A stretch of DNA of 64,000 nucleotides from the human T2T-CHM13v2.0 reference genome, Homo sapiens. How positions within the stretch are numbered: the stretch's first letter is position 1; every line of letters begins with the position of its first letter. The notes beneath the pieces are model-generated. The model made no database searches and was not told the origin of the DNA. It saw nothing but the letters and a program-made list of their open reading frames with translations. Below, piece after piece: positions 1 to 19,106 of this stretch. The DNA lies in assembly GCF_009914755.1 (NCBI RefSeq), contig NC_060938.1; one strand, 5' to 3'. Made by a program: the position numbers and the translations under genes.

Positions 1-452
<452 letters not shown>

Positions 453-849
453 CTACACAGGAAGTTTTAACAGCCAAGGAAACCGGTTCTAAGTAAAGAA
501 AGAGTCACTAACATAATAGGTTGGAAAAAAATCATTGTCAGCTGATGACCTTATAAAAGATAAGCTCTGTCACTATGAAAAATGTCCCAACAGCAGCCCT
601 TCTGAGCACCCCCAGTACACAAATTGTATTCTGTAAGTCTGTTTTCCAGTAGAAGTTAACTCCAGGACTCTGGAGTTGGGAGGGAGTTGATTCTGTGTCT
701 TGGGCCAGTGAAAACTGGGATAGGCTGGAACCTATTGTTGATGCTACAGAGCCAAGATCTGTTCAGAGATGTCCTGAGTAGGCCTGAGAGGACAAAGAGG
801 GTCCCCACCAGCCACACTGTGAGAAGGCGAGCATCGCAAAAGTGATTCT

Positions 850-1311
850 GTCTGTTGGTTGCTTCCCACCTGCCCCTCCAGAGCCACTCTCTGCTCTTCT
901 CCACCCTGCTCCAAACTTGTAGTCTAGATCAGTAAGCAACCTTGTCCTCTGCTCCCAACTGGGTTTGGCCAGTGGGGCTCACTGGTGAGAGGATAGGGGA
1001 ATTGAGAAGAATGAGGTCAGATCACTTATTCCCCTAGCTCCCTTCGGCAGAGTTGCTGTGGGTAGGCTGAGTCTCTGAACCCAAGCCACTGCGCCTGCCG
1101 GGCAACCCCTGTCCCTGGGCTCTAATCGTTGCCTGCCCACTCAACACGTTTGGATTTAGGAGTAGTACAGAGCACCTGTTCCTGGCTCCAGGTGACGTGG
1201 TTTCCCTACACCCTGCCCACATCTTCGTAAACAGTCCTGTTATTAAACTCTCTTGAAATTACCCAACATTGAATATGCTGTTTCTTTCCCACGAGGATCC
1301 TGACTAATACA
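850..1311 (+). mobile_element. Ancient ERVL LTR remnant (LTR33-like)
   Basis: 3' end TTATTAAACTCTC..AAATTACCC..CCTGACTAATACA resembles recalled LTR33 terminus. Confidence 0.45.
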
Positions 1312-2345
1312 TTATGCTTAATTGAAATCAGTTGAGTATGTGAAAAGCCATGACTCCATAATGTAACTCAGAAAAGTGAATATTAGATTGTTGTAAATGC
1401 TACTGGCTTCCTGTCATGATGCCACCCCACTGTCTTCCTTGCCAGCAGAGCCATGACTTGTTAAGTTCAAGTGTCCACACTGCCCATGAAATCTAGAGAA
1501 GGGAGATTCTATTCCCATTCCAGGGGAAAATCCTGATTGATCCAAACTAGCCATGATGGTTCTATTCTTCTTGCCGATGATTGGCTAAGGGGTGGGCATG
1601 CAATCCAATTTTGGGATGTGGGATGTAACAAACCTACCCCCAAAATGTAGAGTGGCTTACACATGGAGGAAGTTTGTACCTTGCTCAGGTAAAATGTAAA
1701 ACAAGTGTTGCTGATGATCAAGTCAGTCTTCTCCCAACTCTGATTCAAGATCCAGGCTCCTTCTGTTGGATGGCTCCAACGCCTTCCAGAATTACCTCTG
1801 GGGCTGTCGTGCACACTTGCATCAGGCCTGTGGAGGGGAGAGAAACACAAAAGATTATGCATGGGAAGCTTTATGAACCAGGCTTGGAAGAGATGCTCAT
1901 CACTTCTGCAAATTTCTTTGACTAAAACTCAGCCCATAGCTGAGGAGCCCGGAATATGTAGTCTAACTGCATCCAGGAAATCAGTCTGGTTTAGTCTCTG
2001 GCACAGAGGAAAGATGGCCAGGAGACTCCCAGGAAGGGCTCATCCCTGATTAGGAGAGACTTCAAGGAAGACACGGGCTTTCTTTCTTTGTGGATGTTGT
2101 CATATCTGGATGTGAAGCTTGGACTGCTGCTACTAGTCTTGCTGTGATCCTGAAAAGGAAGGCCACACATAGGAGGCAGAGCTCAGAAGGCATCAGAACA
2201 GCAGAGCCAGTTTCCAGTGCAGGGCCTGGGGAAGGTGTGGTAGGCGCTATGTCTGGCCACGAAGGTGGCAAGAAAAAGTCCCTAAAACAGCCCAAGAAAC
2301 AGGCCAAGAAGACGGATGGAGGTTGAAGAAGATAAGGATTCCTTC

Positions 2346-2927
<582 letters not shown>

Positions 2928-3292
2928 GAAATCTGGCAAGCAGTAAGCTGTTCCTTGTGCCTGAGGCGATGGTGACCCTTGATTCCATGTATATTTGAAC
3001 ATCTGGATTCCCTGCATCACATCTTTTGCCACCTATAGCTGGAATGAAGTGTTGTCTTGGAGTCTACTGTACATTTAAAAGTAAACTCTTGGAAAAAAGA
3101 AAAACAAAGAAAAAACAGCAGAGGCAGGCCAGCCCATGGTGCCTGGAGCCACCCGACTTAGGAACACTACTTATGGGAGATGATTTTCCCAGTGCGTAGG
3201 TCTTTTTGAGTTTGGTTTTCTGTTGCTGGTAGCCAAAAGCATCCAAATGGATTAAAACTGCACAAAAATCAGTTTTGTTACAAATGAAGGGT

Positions 3293-3420
3293 AAATATTA
3301 ATTTATTATTAATAAATTTTAATACATTAATTAAATTAATTAATTTAATACATTAATTAATTAAATTAATTTAATACATTAATTAATTAAATTAATTTAA
3401 TACATTAATTAAATAATTAA
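3293..3420. repeat. AT-only low-complexity tandem repeat (TTTAATACATTAATTAA units)
   Basis: Four TTTAATACATTAATTAA copies with TTAA spacers. Confidence 0.9.
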
Positions 3421-3690
3421 GGTATCAATTTTAATAATAGGACAATCTTAATATATATTGGGGTTGGTTTTTCCCTTAGAACCTGTTTGTTTTTAAAGTC
3501 TAGCTATGTACTTGTTTCTGTATGTGTGAGTAAAGAGATATAACCCAGAGGTGACCCTGATTCAACCAAATACTCCAGAACAAGGGCCGACGGGCTCTGA
3601 TTGTCACACGTAATAACCAGGGAGAAACGGAGTCCACCAAATGATCCACGTGGGCAACCAAACACAATCACCAATTAAAAAGAGAATCCA

Positions 3691-3987
<297 letters not shown>

Positions 3988-4796
3988 GAGAATCCAACAG
4001 AGTGCTAGAGTGTTACAAGAAAACAGATTTGCCCATTGGCCTGATAAAGGGCAGGGGAGATTACTCTGTAGACTATGTTCTTTACCTCCTAGAAAGAGGA
4101 AGCCTCTAAATGAGCTTAGTAATTATAACAAGATAGTAGTAAGGCAGGCTGAGTTTCCAGAAATGCTGACAGCCATCCATATATAATATAACAATGAAAG
4201 GATCACGGCTGTAACCCCTGCTAAAGGAAAGGTCAACCACTTACCCTTTACTGGAAAGACAAATGATGCAAACAGTTGGGAGGAACTAAAACCCATATTA
4301 AAGGTTTGGGTTCAAAATACACTTTATTTGTTGTGTTTGTAACAAGTGAAATTTAAGGACTAAAGGGAACACAGCCTAGCAACTGGTCGCAAAGGTGCAT
4401 CATACACAAACAGATCTCTGTCCCAACCAGGAATCAAGGAATGACAGCTCAGAACCTGCGGCCCCCTCTGGTTGGAATTTATGGGCTCCAGTGCCACTGG
4501 CCAGAGAGAGATTGATCTTCCTTTTCTCTCAGTCACTTTCTCAAAATGTCAGGGAAGAGATTGGCCATCCAACCTATGGTTCTCTTATGGTTCACCTCAT
4601 GGAATGTGACCATTTCCCTGGCAGCCGTTGAAGACAAAGGGTAGGGCAAATCCAGAAGAGGGGTGTTGGGCCAGTCACAGGGAGCAAGGAGGGTGGGTTA
4701 GGTGACCTGGCCCAGCATGCCATGTGAGCCAGGGCTACAGAGGGGCCAGGACTCAATTCATCCTGAAGGCAAAGCTGACTACACAGTTTCCAGACT

Positions 4797-4980
4797 GGAG
4801 CTGGCAAGTGAAAATACAGGACACCCAGTTAGATCTGAATTTCAGATAGACAGTGAATAATTGTTTAGCATACCTATACCCTGTGCAATATTGAAGACAA
4901 GCTTGTACTAAAAATTTAGTCATTTGTTTATCTGAAATTCAAATTTAGCTGGATGTCCTGTGTTTTACCTGGCAAACCTA
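4797..4980. mobile_element. MER53 palindromic hAT-type MITE
   Basis: AAAATACAGGACACCCAGTTA..TGAATTTCAGATA ... TATCTGAAATTCA..TAGCTGGATGTCCTGTGTTTT long inverted arms. Confidence 0.8.
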
Positions 4981-5631
4981 CATGTAGGCCACTAGACCTG
5001 TTTACGAGGACAGTTAATTGTGCAATATGTATTCACTAGGTATCTACTGTGTACACAGAATTGAAGTGGATCTTCCCCTCAACAACTCATTCTCCCAGCT
5101 TTCTCCCAAGGACATCTCCTAGCATCTCAGTTGCTCTAGCCTCACTCCCCTCCTCCCAGCAGTCAACTCATTGGTAAATTCTGTTCATTCATCATCCGAA
5201 ATGTATCATAAACACACTTTGTTCTCTTTGTATCTATGGCAACCTTCTAGCCAGCCTCAGCCTTTAGCTTCTTGGACTACTCAAGTGGTTGTGCAGCTGG
5301 GGCCTGCCTTTGCGCCCTCCAATCCATCCTCCATAGCACCACCTCAGCCATTTTGTTGAAATGTCATTCACAACTCTGATATATCAATAAAAAACATGTA
5401 TCAGAATATCACAGGTACCTCCAGAATCTGTACAAGGGTGATATATCGAGTTAAAAATACACGTATCAATCAATAGCAAACCAGGTGGCTAAAAGAAAGA
5501 AATACATGTATTGGAATATTACATATACCCCAAATATATGCACTATGATATATTACAATATGTATCAAAATATTAAATTAAATATGAAATTCAGATCACT
5601 TTGCAGTCCTGCTTTAAAAGTGAAAAACCCA

Positions 5632-8332
<2,701 letters not shown>

Positions 8333-8431
8333 TTAAGCTTTATTTGAGCTTAAAGGAACATATCTTTAGCCTTAGAAGTCACACATCTCTAATTCACCAA
8401 GTCTGTACCTTTTCTTTCTTTCTTATAATAG

Positions 8432-8542
8432 GAGGATTCTGAGGTTCCATTCACTGAAGAAGATTATCGAAGAAGAAAGTCTCATCCTAATTTTCTGGAC
8501 CACATAAATGCTGAAAAAATGGTTCTCAAATTTGGAAAAAAG
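8432..8542 (+). CDS. AK7: AK7 internal coding exon (probably exon 5), 111 nt, phase 0/0: [37 protein letters not shown]
   Basis: Polypyrimidine tract + TAG acceptor, AAG|GTAAGT donor, open frame, peptide recognised as AK7, splices in frame to next exon. Confidence 0.96.
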
Positions 8543-9203
8543 GTAAGTCTGGCATAGTGGAACATGGACATCATCTGAAGTCTTTAAACATCTCTTTGTG
8601 TGGTTTCCTGAGACTTACCCCACGGATGTCTGAGCTTTAGGCTCACCCCAGGATACACTGTCCTTAGGGGTCCTGGCCCAGGTTCTGGTCCAGCACACTG
8701 GGTTGAAAGCCCTGCATCACCACCCAGCCGAGCTTGAGCCATCACCCACAAAGGGGTCTGTGTGTCTGAAAAGCTGTTTGGCCCAAAAGAGGCAAATAAC
8801 TCAGAGTTGTAATGGGGAACAGGGGAACCACATTTTCCCTGTTCCCAGAATCTATCTCATTTGTTTCTTAAAACAACTCTGAAAAGTGCCTATTAACCTC
8901 CTCTTATGAATAAGGAGATGGGAGCTTCCAGAGGTTAAATAATTTGCCCAAGGTCACATAACTAGGATTTACTGAGCACTGTCCTGAGCGCTTCTCAGCC
9001 TTGACTCATCTACTCCTTCTAACAAGGCTGTTATCTACGCACATTGATGTCCTCAGCGCATTTCCTGGCGTGGAGCTGAGATTCAGTCTGAGAGCCATCA
9101 GCCACCAAAGCCTGCTGGGTTCGCTTTTTTTCTTTGGAATCCAAAACCCCATCATTCAATAGAATTTATCTTGACACATCCTTGGTCACTCACTGGTCAT
9201 TAA

Positions 9204-9514
<311 letters not shown>

Positions 9515-9528
9515 CCTTCTGTTGCAGC

Positions 9529-10402
9529 TATTGCAGTATCTGGCCAGCAGCCCGCAATGCAAAGGGGCTATCTCTTTGTTCCCAGGCGGATTGGCAGGTT
9601 GAGAAATAATAGACACACACAAGATAGTGAAAGCTGGGTCCAGGGGGGTCACCGCCTTCTGGTCCCGTGGTGCCAACAATGCACTGGATATACCAGCATT
9701 TATTATTAAGTTTAGTGAGGGCAGGGATAGGTTAGTGAGGGATTTAGGGTCATTTGATTATGAGGTGAGATGGTCACATGGGGATGAAGTAATTCTTTAA
9801 CATAACATCTGTATGCAGAAGTACAGTATACAGGGATAAGAATTTACAATATAGTGTGTGCATCAGTAATTTCTAACAGAGCCTTAAAACAGAAACACAG
9901 TCTTTCCATAACCTATGATTAGCAAGGTATTAATCAGCAGTAACAGTTGCAGCCAAAGCTGGTTACAAACAATCCATAGATACGAGACATGAAGCTAGAC
10001 AACTGGTTAGACCAGAAATTCTCAGAAGGGAGTATGCCTTAACCCTGAAGAGGCCTAGAAGAGCCATGGCAAGATGAGGGTGTTTATAGTCCTATCTTAT
10101 CCATATGGACAGGCGCCCCTCATGTGTCCATTTATAGGCTCCCCACAAGGGTCGCATTCCATTCCCAGAGCTATGAACATCTGCTTTTCTGGGATAGGAA
10201 TCTTGGTGATGTGAAACCTCCCTGACTGCACTTCCATTCATAGGCTCTCTGCAGGGGGAAGCACATCACGCGCTGTTGGCTCATTCTGGCAGCCCAACCT
10301 GGCATTGTCTTTACACAATTCTGCATGCAATTTTGTATTTACAATAGTCAGGAGCATTTCATCTTTTATTCTGTAGCAATAGTTTCAGGGGGTTGCCCTA
10401 TA
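9529..10402 (-). mobile_element. ERVK-class solo LTR, probably MER11D (HML-7)
   Basis: ~875 bp; minus strand starts ..CCCCCTGAAACTATTGCTA..GAATAAAAGATGAAATGCTCCTGA, recalled as MER11D; GCAGC flanking duplication. Confidence 0.6.
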
Positions 10403-10522
10403 GCAGCAAAATTCATCATTTTGACATGTCCATTATAAAATTATTTTATTTCTCTTGCCTTTCTTCAGAATAGATGATGGGAATGCCCTGACAATGAATA
10501 AGTAGTGACAGCTGAAAAATTA

Positions 10523-11907
10523 TGATGATGATGATTTTTCATTCAGGGTTTTTATTTTTATTCAACTATCAGCAAACAGCAGAATTAACACAACATTCAG
10601 CAACTCCAGACCAGCTTTTCTTACCCCCATGAAGAGCAATCAATTTGACAGACACAGATGTAGGGATTCCTGATAAGCGGTCAGCTAGTACTGCTGCCCA
10701 TCTACAGGGCCATGCCCCAACAACAGCAAAGCCACTCTCCCTACTCCTTTTTCCAGGATTGCTCTTTAAAGGGACCAGAGTGAGATACTGACGCCTATTA
10801 AGGCAACTGAGAGGCCCGTGTTGGGGCTGAGCCTCATTGCGAGCCTCTGGTTGTCTAGCGATGGTGCCATAAAAACACACTGCTACAGTTCTGGTCTCAG
10901 GATCACAAAGGCAGAGGCAACCAATCCTTATTTATTTATTTTTAACCTCCCTTAAAGATTCTTTGATGCTTTGCTCTATTACTGTAGACCTGGTCTATTT
11001 CTGCCAAATTTTTTCTTTAAATTCTGGGTTGCTATTTTCATAATAACAATTTGATGACCCCATCACAATACCAAAATATCCCCCAAAATGAAGTTCAAAA
11101 TTGATCAAAACATAAAACAGAGTGAGTGACTAGAATGATAAAGGCCAGGCAGCAGGAAAAGTCACCCTAAGCCACCATCTCAGTGCTCAGGTCTTGTCTG
11201 TCCAAAGGGGAGTGGGAAGAGGAGAAAGCTATGGTACATGCAGCACTGAACTGGAGAACACAGCTCGGGGCCTCCAGGACGGTTCAGGTCGCCGAGCTGC
11301 CCCCTACTTCCCAGACAGCTGCTCCTACAATTTGGGCACATAGTCGTCCCACTCGGCCTGGTAACACGTGCCGGCCACCGGGACCCCGAGCGCGTACTTT
11401 TTACGGGGGGACGCCACCTTGAATTTGCCACGGTGGTCTCCGGAGCGGTTGCTGAGGATGGGCTCGTCACATTTCAGCGGCCTGTGCCTTGGGAGACCCC
11501 GAGCCCACATAATCCGGAGAGGACTGTGCCACTGCTGATGTCACTGCCCTTCATGTGGACCACCAGGAAATGATGCCATTCCCTGTATTGGGGATCCTTC
11601 CTGCTTGGAGCATCCGGGTCTGTCAAGACCCAGGTGTAGAGTTTCCCTAAATCAAGACCATCCCACGAAATGCTGGTGGGTCTGTTCTTCACCTGGGTGG
11701 GATCGGGCACGGTGCTCCGCTCGTCCACCGCCACCCCGTGCAGGTGACATGCAGCGGGTGCTGCGGCTGCTCGTCCACTTCCTGAAGGCTCCAGGGCCCG
11801 GACCGCTGTCTGAGGTTCACCCGCGTGGCGGGGCCGAGCGGAGCGCGCAGCCGGGAGTGCCGCGGGAGGCCAGGCGCCGGCGGCAGCGGCGACACGGGGG
11901 TCTCCGC
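10523..11907 (-). pseudogene. PEBP1P1: Processed pseudogene of PEBP1/RKIP (likely PEBP1P1), full-length mRNA copy
   Basis: Frameshifted fragments [15 protein letters not shown] / [36 protein letters not shown] / [32 protein letters not shown]; start ATG>ACG at 11826; premature TAG 11325-11327; native stop 11304-11306; AATAAA near 10551-10562; perfect 14-bp TSD CAGCTGAAAAATTA at 10509-10522 and 11908-11921. Symbol suffix recalled, not verified. Confidence 0.93.
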
Positions 11908-11910
11908 CAG
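11260..11910. promoter_or_regulatory. Intronic CpG-island-like segment formed by the PEBP1 retrocopy
   Basis: Visibly high GC and CpG density compared with the rest of the window; function not shown. Confidence 0.5.
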
Positions 11911-11937
11911 CTGAAAAATTACAGAGGGCTTACTGTG

Positions 11938-12037
11938 TTCTCAGTATTTTACTCATGGTATCTTATGTCATCTGTGTTTTACTCGTAGTATCTCATGAGT
12001 TCTCAGTGTTTTACTCATGGTATCTCATGTCATCTTC
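11938..12037 (+). repeat. Degenerate ~30-bp tandem repeat x3
   Basis: TCTCAGTGTTTTACTCATGGTATCTCATG-like units. Confidence 0.8.
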
Positions 12038-12193
12038 AAGAGTCTCATAAACAATTCCCAGAATTCTGTGAGGTAGGTACTACTATCATCCTCATATAAC
12101 TTGGAGAAAACCCCAAACCCTCTGAAAGTGTCATTACATTGTTCCCATTAGTGGAAGACCAGCGCTAAGTGAACGCTAATAATAGTTCTAAGA

Positions 12194-12208
12194 TGACACC
12201 TAGTGGTC
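12194..12208 (-). promoter_or_regulatory. Candidate CTCF motif
   Basis: Minus strand GACCACTAGGTGTCA, one mismatch to the CCACTAGGTGGCA core; motif only. Confidence 0.3.
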
Positions 12209-13090
12209 TCGGAGGATATTACCATAGGAACTTCGGTCCTATAAAAAACACTTTACCAATACAAACACTGTGAGCATCAAACATTGGAAGAAACAACAGG
12301 AAATTAGGAATTCTAGCCCTTTTTCTGTCCATTAACTTATGACCTTAGCCGTGTTATTAAACTTCTGGGCTTAAAATAAGTAAACGGGCTAGATTAGATG
12401 GTTTAAATTTATTCCAGTTCTAAATTCCATAACTATGTTATTTTATTGGAACCCGTGATTTCTTGATCATTTATGTTTAATTTACAGGTGGAAAATGTAT
12501 GCTTACACATATAAAGCTGATTTAACTGAATAACAGTCTAAAATGAGAAATATGATCATATTAATATATTTTTATTACAAAACCTTACACTTGTCATTTA
12601 AATAATAAAATCAAAATTTCGTTGTAAAAATCTATTATTTTTATCCCCAACTTTCTTACTCACTCTTTTCTACACCATTAATAAGATTGATTTGGCCAAT
12701 TTGGTCATCCCAATGATCTTTTTTGATCAGTGATGCTGATGTTTTTATCTGGGAGATAGACCCTTGAAAATAATCATTTAACACATTCATTTAACTAATG
12801 TCCAGTTAGATCCGATTATGGACCAGGCACTGTGATGAGGAGCTGCCCTCACAGCCATCGATAAAGCAAACACAGTCTATGCACTCCAGAGGCTGGTTGT
12901 CAAGTGGTTTATCTACTGTTATCACATCCTCAGCCAGCACATTCATATACAAGATTACATACACAAAAGGTAGACTTCTATTCAGTATTTTGAGGCAAAA
13001 GAGGAGACCCTAATAATTATACAAGTTGCCAAAATAGTCCTGAATTGCCTGATACCAAAATTACTTTCATCTTTTAATGAGTCACACTGA

Positions 13091-13397
13091 TTTTTTTTTT
13101 TTTTTTTTTTTTTTGAGACAGAGTCTTGCTCTGTTGCGTAGGCTGGAGTGCAGTGGCATGATCTCGGGTCACTGCAACCCCTGCCTCCCAAGTTCAAATG
13201 ACTCTCCTGCCTCAGCCTCCTGAGTAGCTGGAATTACAGGCATGTGCCACCACGCCTGGCTAAATTTTGTATTTTTTAGTAGAGACAGGGTTTCACCATG
13301 CTGGCCAGGCTGGTCTTGAACTCCTGACCTCAGGTGATTCACCTGCCTCGGCCTCCCAAAGTGCTGGGGTTACAGGTGTGAGCCACCGTGCCCAGCC
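13091..13397 (-). mobile_element. AluS without an evident TSD, abutting the truncated old L1
   Basis: Alu consensus; flanks unrelated. Confidence 0.9.
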
Positions 13398-15447
<2,050 letters not shown>

Positions 15448-17770
15448 ATATATATTTCTGCCAAAAACATATGGTTTTATTTATACTCAGAAACAAGTAG
15501 ATCATGCACATATATATGAAGATAAAAATTAAAGGGATAATTGCATAAGTTTGCCTGTAGAGAGCTTTGAAAACCTGTTTACTCTTTTTTTTATTATTTT
15601 AAGTTCTAGGGTACATGTGCACAATGGGCAGGTTTGTTACATATGTATACATGTCCCATGTTGGTTTGCTGCACCCATTAATTCGTCATTTACATTAGGT
15701 ATTTCTCCTAATGCTATCCTTCCCCCATCCCCCCACCTTACGACAGGCCTCAGTGTGTGATGTTCCCCACCCTGTGTCCAAGTGTTCTCATTGTTCAATT
15801 CCCACTTATGAGTGAGAACATGTGGTGTTTGGTTTTCTGTCCTTGCAATAGTTTGCTCAGAATGATGGTTTCCAGCTTCATCCATGTCCCTACAAAGGAC
15901 ATGAACTCATCCTTTTTTATGGCTGCATAGTATTCCATGGTGTATATGTGCCACATTTTCTTAATCCAGTTTATCATTGATGGACATTTGAGTTGGTTCC
16001 GAGTCTTTGCTATTGTAGATAGTGCCGCAGTAAACATATGTGTGCATGTGTCTTTATAGCAGCATGATTTATAATCCTTTGGGTATATACCCAGTAATGG
16101 AATGGCTGGGTCAAATGCTATTTCTAGTTCTAGATCCTTGAGGAATCGCCACACTGTCTTCCACAATGGTTGAACTAGTTTGCAGTCCCACCAACAGTGT
16201 AAAAGTGTTCCTATTTCTCCACATCCTCTCCAGCACCGTTGTTTCCTGACTTTTTAATGATTGCCATTCTAACTGGTGTGAGATGGTATCTCATTGTGGT
16301 TTTGATTTGCATTTCTCTGATGGCCAGTGATGATGAGCATTTTTTCATGTGTCCATTGGCTACATAAATGTCTTCTTTTGTAAAGTGTCTGTTCATATCC
16401 TTCGCCCACTTTTTGATGGGGTTGTTTGATTTTTTCTTGTAAATTTGTTTGAGTTCTTTGTAGATTCTGGATATTAGCCCTTTGTCAGATGGGTAGATTA
16501 CAAAAATTTTCTTCCATTCCGTAGGTTGCCTGTTCACTCTGATGGCGGTTTATTTTGCTGTGCAGAAGCTCTTTAGTTTAGTTAGATCCCATTTGTCTAT
16601 TTTGGCTTCTGTTGCCATTGCTTTTGGTATTTTAATCATGAAGTCCTTGCCCATGCCTCTGTCCTGAATGGTATTGCCTAGGTTTTCTTCTGGGGTTTTT
16701 ATGGTTTTAGATTTAACATTTAAGTCTTTAATTCATTTGAATTAATTTTTGTATAAGGTGTAAGGAAGGGATCCAGTTTCAGCTTTTAGATATGGCTAGC
16801 CAGTTTTCCCAGCACTGTTTATTAAATAGGGAATCCTTTCCCCTTTTCTTGTTTTTCTCAGGTTTGTCAAAGATCAGATGGTTGTAGATGTGTGGTGTTA
16901 TTTCTGAGGCCTCTGTTCTGTTCCATTGGTCTATATATCTGTTTTGGTACCAGTACCATGCTGTTTTGGTTACTGTAGCCTCATAGTATAGTTTGAAGTC
17001 AGGTAGCATGATGCCTCCAGCTTTGTTCTTTTTGCTTACGATTGTCTTGGCAATGAGGGCTCTTTTTTGGTTCCGTATGAACTTTAAAGTATTTTTTTCC
17101 AATTCTGTGAGGAAAGTCATTGGTAGATTGATGGGGATGGCATTGAATCTATAAATTACCTTGGGCAGTATGGCCATTTTCATGATATTGATTCTTCCTG
17201 TCCATGAGCATGGAATGTTCTTCCAATTTTTTGTGTCCTCTTTTATTTCGTTGAGCAGTGGTTTGTAGTTCTCCTTGAAGAAGTCCTTCACATCCCTTGT
17301 AAGTTGGATTCCTAGGTATTTTATTCTCTTTGAAGCAATTCCAAATGAGAGTTCACTCATGATTTGGCTCTCTGTTTGTCTGTTATTGGTGTATAGGAAT
17401 GCTTGTGATTTTTGCACATTGATTTTGTATCCTGAGACTTTGCTGAAGTTGCTTATCAGCTTAAGGAGATTTTGGGCTGAGACAATGGGGTTTTCTAAAT
17501 ATATAATCATGTCATCTGCAAACAGGGACAATTTGACTTCCTCTTTTCCTAATTGAATACCCTTTATTTCTTTCTCTTGCCTGATTGCCCTGGTCAGAAC
17601 TTCCAACACTACGTCAAATAGGAGTGGTGAGAGAGGGCATCCCTGTCTTGTGCCAGTTTTCAAAGGGAATGCTTCCAGTTTTTGCCCATTCAGTATGATA
17701 TTGGCTGTGGGTTTGTCATAAATAGCTCTTATTATTTTGAGATACGTTCCATCAATACCTAGTTTATTAA

Positions 17771-18334
<564 letters not shown>

Positions 18335-18833
18335 CTAAAATTCTCTTGTTTTTGTTGTGTCTCTGCCAGGCTTTGTTATCAGGATGATGCTAGCCTCATA
18401 AAATGAGTTAGGGAGGATTTCCTTTTTTTCTATTGATTGGATTCGTTTCAGAAGGCATGGTACCAGCTCCTCTTTGTACCTCTGGTAGAATTCAGCTGTG
18501 AATCCGTCTGGTCCTGGACTATTTTTGGTTGGTAGACTATTAATTATTGCCTCAATTTCAGAGCCTGTTATTGGTCTATTCAGGGATTCAACATCTCCCT
18601 GGTTTAGTCTTGGGAGGGTGTATGTGTCCAGGAATTTATCCATTTCTTCTAGTTTATTTGTGTAGAGGTGTTTATTCTCTGGTGGTAGTTTGCATTTTTG
18701 TGGGATCGGTGGCAATATCCCCTTTGTCATTTTTATTGCATCTATTTGATTCTTCTCTCTTTTCTTCTTTATTAATCTTGCTAGCGGTCTATCTCTTTTG
18801 TTGATCTTTTCAAAAAACCAGATCCTGGATTCA

Positions 18834-19106
<273 letters not shown>

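Noticed and set aside
5230-5243. RFX X-box-like GTATCTATGGCAAC (attractive for a ciliary gene)
   Set aside because: Only one good half-site, deep in an intron within probable old repeat; not supportable from the motif alone
11304-11826. Functional PEBP1 retrogene protein
   Set aside because: Start codon lost, multiple frameshifts, internal deletion and premature stop
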